The position numbers and the translations under genes are program-made. The notes under the pieces are model-generated. The model was not told where the DNA came from. It was given only the letters and a program-made list of their open reading frames with translations, and made no database searches. Source: Candidatus Helarchaeota archaeon (GTDB lineage: Archaea; Asgardarchaeota; Lokiarchaeia; Helarchaeales; RDOG01). Taken from it: 64,000 nt of DNA. How positions within the stretch are numbered: the stretch's first letter is position 1; each line of letters opens with the position of its first letter. Location of the stretch: NCBI GenBank assembly GCA_019058315.1, contig JAHPZH010000005.1, positions 128,001 to 192,000 of the forward strand. The letters are read 5' to 3'. Shown in pieces: positions 59,143 to 64,000 of this stretch.

Positions 59143-60633
59143 TTATTTTGATAATTTTTCAAAAAGAATTAAAGCACTATCTGCAGCAAGTTCCGCTCCA
59201 ATTCCGTGCATGCCAGTATCGGCTCCAACAACATAAAGATTTTTTATTGGGAGCTCCATTGGGGGTCTAAATTTTCCAACTTGATCTACAGTTTGCCCTA
59301 TTCCTATAACATTACCACCTTGTCCTGCAAATTTTTCAATTTCGGCGGGAGTCGTTATCTCCTTCCACATTACATGGTCTTCCATTTGTGGGAATATGTC
59401 CAATAACCCATTGTAAATTGCATCTGCCCATTTATCATAATCGCAATTACCTTCAGATGGGTTAGCTGGAACACCAGAACCTCCAAAAATTAATTGCTTT
59501 CCTTCAGGAGCCGATGTTGGGTCGAGATTAGATACGACAGGAACCATAATCATATAATGCTTTTCGGGAATATAGTTTTGAAAAGCTTCAGATTTTAAAA
59601 TTTCACCCACCGAAATTCTGGACATTATTTCATCAGTTTTAATTTCTCCACTCATTATTTTAGAAACAATTTCTTGATCAATACCAAATTCCTTACCGAA
59701 TTGTTCTACAGCTCTTGGCAAATCATCAAAATTAACATACATAAACATATTTTCTTCCGTAATTTTCTCATCGAGGGCAACTTTAACCATTAAAGTTGCT
59801 GCAGAAAACGAATAATTTTTTACTTTTTGAACAAAATCCTTTGAAAAATATTTTTCTCCGACTAAATTCAAAGTGGTCGCTTTAAGTCCAGCATTTGAAA
59901 TTACTATATCGGATTCTATAAATTCTCCATCATCTAATTCAACGCCAGTCGCTTTATTTTTTTCAACAATTATTTTCTTTACTTTTGTTTCTGTTTTTAC
60001 TTTACCTTTATCTTGGACTATAGAGTCACAATATGCACTAGGAATAGCAATACAACCACCTGTTGGATATCCACTACTTCTATTATTCATCATCTCTTTT
60101 TGACAAATAATGAATTCGCCAGTGCTAGTGGCTTGTTGAGTAACAAAATAGAGCCCACAAAAATAGGAAATTAGTGCTTGTGCCTTTGGATCATCAGTGT
60201 AACGTCCAACAAATTCATCAATGGGAACGTACATTAATTTCTCAATTTCCTCATCTGAAAATTTCAATACATCACTATATAATTTAATAAAATTGCCAAG
60301 ATCTTTACTACTGAAATTTAGTTTCCCAACATCCCGAGGAAACTTAATGATTTGACCATTAAAATGAAATTTTGGAAGTGGTCGGCAGTAATTCCATTTA
60401 ATGGAATTATTTTCAATGATTTGTGCTATTTTACCTAATCTACCCTTATCGCAGTTTGCTATTAAATGGCAACCTACATCTAGTTTAAAACCCTCCTTTT
60501 CATAGGTAGATAATCTTCCGCCTACAAGTGAATTTTTCTCGAATAACGTCACATCAAAACCGGAATGTTGTAATAATGCGCCCACTCCACTACCACCTAC
60601 GCCAGAGCCTATAATATTAACTTTTGTTTTCAT
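59143..60633 (-). CDS. Phytoene desaturase (CrtI/COG1233)-like FAD oxidoreductase
   Basis: IIGSGVGG, EKN..VGGR, GYPTGG, VISNAG, DPTSAPEG, LPIKNLYVVG. Confidence 0.88.
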   Translation of the reverse strand: MKTKVNIIGSGVGGSGVGALLQHSGFDVTLFEKNSLVGGRLSTYEKEGFKLDVGCHLIANCDKGRLGKIAQIIENNSIKWNYCRPLPKFHFNGQIIKFPRDVGKLNFSSKDLGNFIKLYSDVLKFSDEEIEKLMYVPIDEFVGRYTDDPKAQALISYFCGLYFVTQQATSTGEFIICQKEMMNNRSSGYPTGGCIAIPSAYCDSIVQDKGKVKTETKVKKIIVEKNKATGVELDDGEFIESDIVISNAGLKATTLNLVGEKYFSKDFVQKVKNYSFSAATLMVKVALDEKITEENMFMYVNFDDLPRAVEQFGKEFGIDQEIVSKIMSGEIKTDEIMSRISVGEILKSEAFQNYIPEKHYMIMVPVVSNLDPTSAPEGKQLIFGGSGVPANPSEGNCDYDKWADAIYNGLLDIFPQMEDHVMWKEITTPAEIEKFAGQGGNVIGIGQTVDQVGKFRPPMELPIKNLYVVGADTGMHGIGAELAADSALILFEKLSK

Positions 60634-60743
60634 CTTTTCATCCTCTAGTAAAGCAAAAATGAAGAAATTAAAGAATTTTTACATATTTATCAATCTTGTA
60701 ATAATTTCAAAAATATTAATTTTGAAAAATAGTAGCTAAAAGT

Positions 60744-62090
60744 TTAATGTTGTGGTTTTTGGGAAGGTTTAGCTTCGTGATGAAAGACAATAGGTTTAAA
60801 AGACATTGAGAAGGCAGTTATTGCTAATATTGTAGCTACCATAGCGAACCAGGATGAGCCGAAGGTTCCGAGGATAAAACTTCCTAATAATGGACCTGTA
60901 ATTTGTGCAAGATTGTCTAGTGAAGTGTTTAAACCACCCATTTTTCCTTGTTCCTTTGGGCTTACGGATCTGCTTTGAAATGAAATTAATACACCTCTTG
61001 TACATGAAGCAGCATAGCTCACAAGCAAAAGAACCAGAAGGAAACCAATAAAATTCTGAACGAATACCAATGCAAAAAAGGCTATAACAAAACAAGTTAA
61101 ACCAATTTGAGATGTTCGTTTATCACCAAATTTCTTTAATGTAGGTTCAAAAATGTAAAAACGAATAATTAAACGAGCAACACCTGAAAGAGACATATAA
61201 AAGCCTATTTCGTCTGGACCCATATTCAATTTTATATCAGCAAAAAGTGAAATATTTGAAATAAAGACCATAAAAGATATTGTGTGAAAAGCCCATTGTA
61301 TAAGCAAGAACATAGCTAGCCCATTTTTCCATATTGGCTGGTTTTTTGTTTCTAATTTTATTGAAGTTGGCTTGATGGGGATATTTTGAAATCCCTTTTC
61401 CTTTTTGGGCTCCGATTGGGTTTTTACAGGTGCTGATTCTTTTAGATATAAAAATGTAACAATTATTGTAATGAGAGAAAGACATGCAGAAAATAATCCA
61501 GGAGCTATAATGCCCCATCTAGTATAAAGAAATCCTCCTAATGCAGGTCCAAATAAAGATGCAAGAACATGCGCTACACCTACATTAGTCATTTGGGAAG
61601 CACGATGTTTAGGTGGAACAACATCTCCAATTACAGCTTTTGCTATAGGGAAGTTTCCGCCGAAAATTCCATCAATAATTCGACTAATTAATACCATTTC
61701 ATAACTAGTTGAAAAAGCTAACATTACAAATGCAGCTAATGTCCCAAATTGACTAATTAACAATAAAGGTCTTCTTCCATATTTGTCACTTAAACTCCCT
61801 AAAATTGGACCGAAAAAGAATCCAAAAACTGCATTCGTTGAAAGAGCCATGCCAACCATCAAAGCCACAGTTGGAGAATAAGGAAATAAATCAAAGATCG
61901 GTTGTAGTTCAGGTATAGGTAGGTTTAATTCTTTAATAAAAAATGGAAGAAATGGAATAATGAGGGTAAAACCTAAAATATCTATAAAAACAGCTATCCA
62001 TAAGGGAAATAGACCTGGAAATTTTATTTTTGCTATCTTAAGATCGAGTGGTTTTATGTCAGTTATTTCATCATTCATAAATAATACCAA
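60744..62090 (-). CDS. MFS transporter (DHA1/TetA-like)
   Basis: FIDILGFTLIIPFLP, LGSLSDKYGRRPLL, SRIIDGIFGGN, GPALGG. Confidence 0.93.
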   Translation of the reverse strand: MVLFMNDEITDIKPLDLKIAKIKFPGLFPLWIAVFIDILGFTLIIPFLPFFIKELNLPIPELQPIFDLFPYSPTVALMVGMALSTNAVFGFFFGPILGSLSDKYGRRPLLLISQFGTLAAFVMLAFSTSYEMVLISRIIDGIFGGNFPIAKAVIGDVVPPKHRASQMTNVGVAHVLASLFGPALGGFLYTRWGIIAPGLFSACLSLITIIVTFLYLKESAPVKTQSEPKKEKGFQNIPIKPTSIKLETKNQPIWKNGLAMFLLIQWAFHTISFMVFISNISLFADIKLNMGPDEIGFYMSLSGVARLIIRFYIFEPTLKKFGDKRTSQIGLTCFVIAFFALVFVQNFIGFLLVLLLVSYAASCTRGVLISFQSRSVSPKEQGKMGGLNTSLDNLAQITGPLLGSFILGTFGSSWFAMVATILAITAFSMSFKPIVFHHEAKPSQKPQH

Positions 62091-62303
62091 ATTTTGAGAA
62101 ATTATGATTTATTGAAGTTCGAGAAGGATAATAAAACAAGGTAATTTTTTATAAAACTTTTATCTTTGAAAACAGACTCAAATTTATTGGTGTATCAATT
62201 AAATTATTTTATATCTTCAAAGTTTAAATTAAAATTAAATTATTTTGCACTTAAATAAGGATAACTCATCATAACAGATTTATCAAACAACGGGAGTTTA
62301 TAG

Positions 62304-64000
62304 TTGATTAATGAATTATTTCACAAAGCGGAGGAAGAGATAGACGAATATAATTGGAATAACGCAATAAAGATACTCGAAAATGCAGTAAAAATTAGCA
62401 ACGATAAAGAATCTCAGGGAAATTCCTATTATAAATTAGGAGAAATTTATCAATTTATGGCAGATTTGCAGAAATCAAGAGAAAAAAATTTTGAAAATTT
62501 TAATAATGCAATTTTAAATTTTCAGAAGGCAAATAAAATATTTATAGAACTAAAAAATGAAGGAAAAAAAAGCGCAACTCAAGGTTTTATTAACCTTTTA
62601 AAATATATTTCTGAATCTGTAAAAGGGAAAGAAGAAATTTTACTTGAAAATGCAAAAAAACAGTTTTATCAAGCAAAATTAATATATTTAAAAAATGGCA
62701 ATTTACTAGATTCTTTAAAAATGGAAATTCTAGAAAGTAGAGCCTTAAGTTTACTTATTGGTGAAAAACTCATTCGTATTGATGAAAAAGTGGATTTCAA
62801 ACTATTTGCATTAGAGGCTGAAAAATTAGTTATGGATATATGGAAGAAAATAATTAATCAGCAAGATCTTTCCGAAATTTACCTCTATTTTTTCCTAGCG
62901 AATGTTTTGGAATTTTCTACTTGGAGTATAATTTATTTACCAACAAATGACATGGACATTATACAATTTATAATTAAAATCGTAAATCAATTAGGAGAAT
63001 TTATAAATAAATATGAAAATTCAAAAAAAATAACTGCTTATTTTTACGCTACTGCAATGTACGCATATCTTAATATGATTTTTGCTATACAGCATGTAAA
63101 TAATCAAGTTGAACAAAAATTATTTTTTAGAAAAGCTCAAAAATGGGTGAAAAAAGGGGAAAAAGTACTAACAAAGATACAAAACAATCCTGCTTTGGCA
63201 TGTTTCTACTTTACTAGATTTACAACTTCAATATTTTTAATAGCGACAGGGTTTTTTACTAGAGATTTTAAGAATGTCTTACAAGATTTAGATCTTAGCA
63301 TTGATTCGGCATCGTTCATATTTCCTAAAATAATGGTTGTTAATATTTTATTATATACTGCAGGCATTATTTTGGCTGGTGCACATAATCGCGCTACACC
63401 TAGAGGACAACGTATTGATTTTGCGCAAAAAGCCTTAAATCTTATTGATTTAGCAATGAATGAAATTTCAGTAGTTGAAAGAACAAGTTACAAAATTCTA
63501 ATGACGGATCGCGACGTTCTTTTATGTGCAGCTCATGCAGTAATGGGCGATATAATTAAAGATATTAAAACCAAATCTGAACATTTACAAATAGCAACTA
63601 GTAATTTTAAGAAAATAACAAATTATGATGATCGAAAAATAAATGACACTTATTTCTATTATCATATTTTTTTGTATTTTGCTTCTAGAACTGGACCTTT
63701 ATTAGCTAAAAATTCAATAAATGACTCGGATAAAATTGAATTTTATAAAGAAACGATAGAACTTTTATTAAAAAGTAAAAAAAAGATGGTTCCTCTTTTT
63801 CATCAAGAGAATTTATTTCTAATTGGAGATATTTATCTTAGAATTGGAAAATTATCAAATGATGAGAATATATTAAAACAATCTTATGCGGCATATTTAG
63901 ACGCGATTGAATATTGTAAAAATAAAGGTTATTTCAATTTAGAGGGATCTGCATATGTAAACCTTGCTCAGATTGATGATAGACTGGGAAATTTTGGCTC
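62304..64000 (+). CDS. 3'-truncated large TPR/alpha-solenoid protein (not in ORF track)
   Basis: TTG 62304 after SD GGGAG. The frame reads LINELFHKAEEEIDEYNWNNAIKILENAVK..QGNSYYKLGEIYQ and appears open to the window end (..GSAYVNLAQIDDRLG). Confidence 0.8.
   Translation, partial: MINELFHKAEEEIDEYNWNNAIKILENAVKISNDKESQGNSYYKLGEIYQFMADLQKSREKNFENFNNAILNFQKANKIFIELKNEGKKSATQGFINLLKYISESVKGKEEILLENAKKQFYQAKLIYLKNGNLLDSLKMEILESRALSLLIGEKLIRIDEKVDFKLFALEAEKLVMDIWKKIINQQDLSEIYLYFFLANVLEFSTWSIIYLPTNDMDIIQFIIKIVNQLGEFINKYENSKKITAYFYATAMYAYLNMIFAIQHVNNQVEQKLFFRKAQKWVKKGEKVLTKIQNNPALACFYFTRFTTSIFLIATGFFTRDFKNVLQDLDLSIDSASFIFPKIMVVNILLYTAGIILAGAHNRATPRGQRIDFAQKALNLIDLAMNEISVVERTSYKILMTDRDVLLCAAHAVMGDIIKDIKTKSEHLQIATSNFKKITNYDDRKINDTYFYYHIFLYFASRTGPLLAKNSINDSDKIEFYKETIELLLKSKKKMVPLFHQENLFLIGDIYLRIGKLSNDENILKQSYAAYLDAIEYCKNKGYFNLEGSAYVNLAQIDDRLGNFG

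Noticed and set aside
488-61518. Numerous short ORF-track entries antisense to or nested in long genes (e.g. 686-1099, 8444-8791, 14507-14710, 15484-15999, 29751-30311, 60796-61095)
   Set aside because: Shadow ORFs of well-supported genes; biased composition, no motifs
1-64000. tRNA/rRNA genes, transposases, integrases
   Set aside because: No GC-rich structured RNA segments or recombinase/transposase motifs seen by eye; a tRNAscan/Infernal run would be needed to exclude small RNAs

Overview
A strongly AT-rich, gene-dense archaeal window. It is almost certainly from an Asgard archaeon, probably Lokiarchaeia (Loki/Hel-like). Evidence for this: a eukaryote-type ubiquitin cascade, a Rab-like GTPase, longin-domain proteins, an Rpo8/Rpb8-like RNA polymerase subunit, CAD-like carAB and a eukaryote-like SECIS. 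Main highlights: (1) A co-oriented minus-strand cluster (29330->23567) encodes a Ub-like modifier ending in -AG, a Uba2/Uba3-type E1, an E2, an Rpn11/CSN5-type JAMM protease, a polytopic membrane RING E3, a Rab-like GTPase and a DUF998/Frag1-DRAM-like membrane protein. It looks like a membrane-targeted ubiquitin-like conjugation system coupled to a small GTPase. (2) A selenoprotein gene missed by the ORF track (58374->58051, HesB/IscA-like fold, in-frame UGA in a U-C motif) is followed directly by a eukaryote-like AUGA/AA/GA SECIS. (3) A three-gene unit contains a ~1290-aa prenyltransferase-barrel/PCI-like winged-helix/coiled-coil protein, which appears to start at a non-canonical ATA, plus a P-loop ATPase. 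(4) A large surface glycoprotein with an exact 291-bp tandem duplication is flanked by an intact and a decayed copy of the same small gene. The remainder is housekeeping (carAB, guaA, hisFH), transporters, TPR proteins and a lipid/isoprenoid-type enzyme region with three CrtI-like oxidoreductases. I saw no rRNA, tRNA, CRISPR array or transposase. All family calls come from reading motifs by eye, not from database searches.
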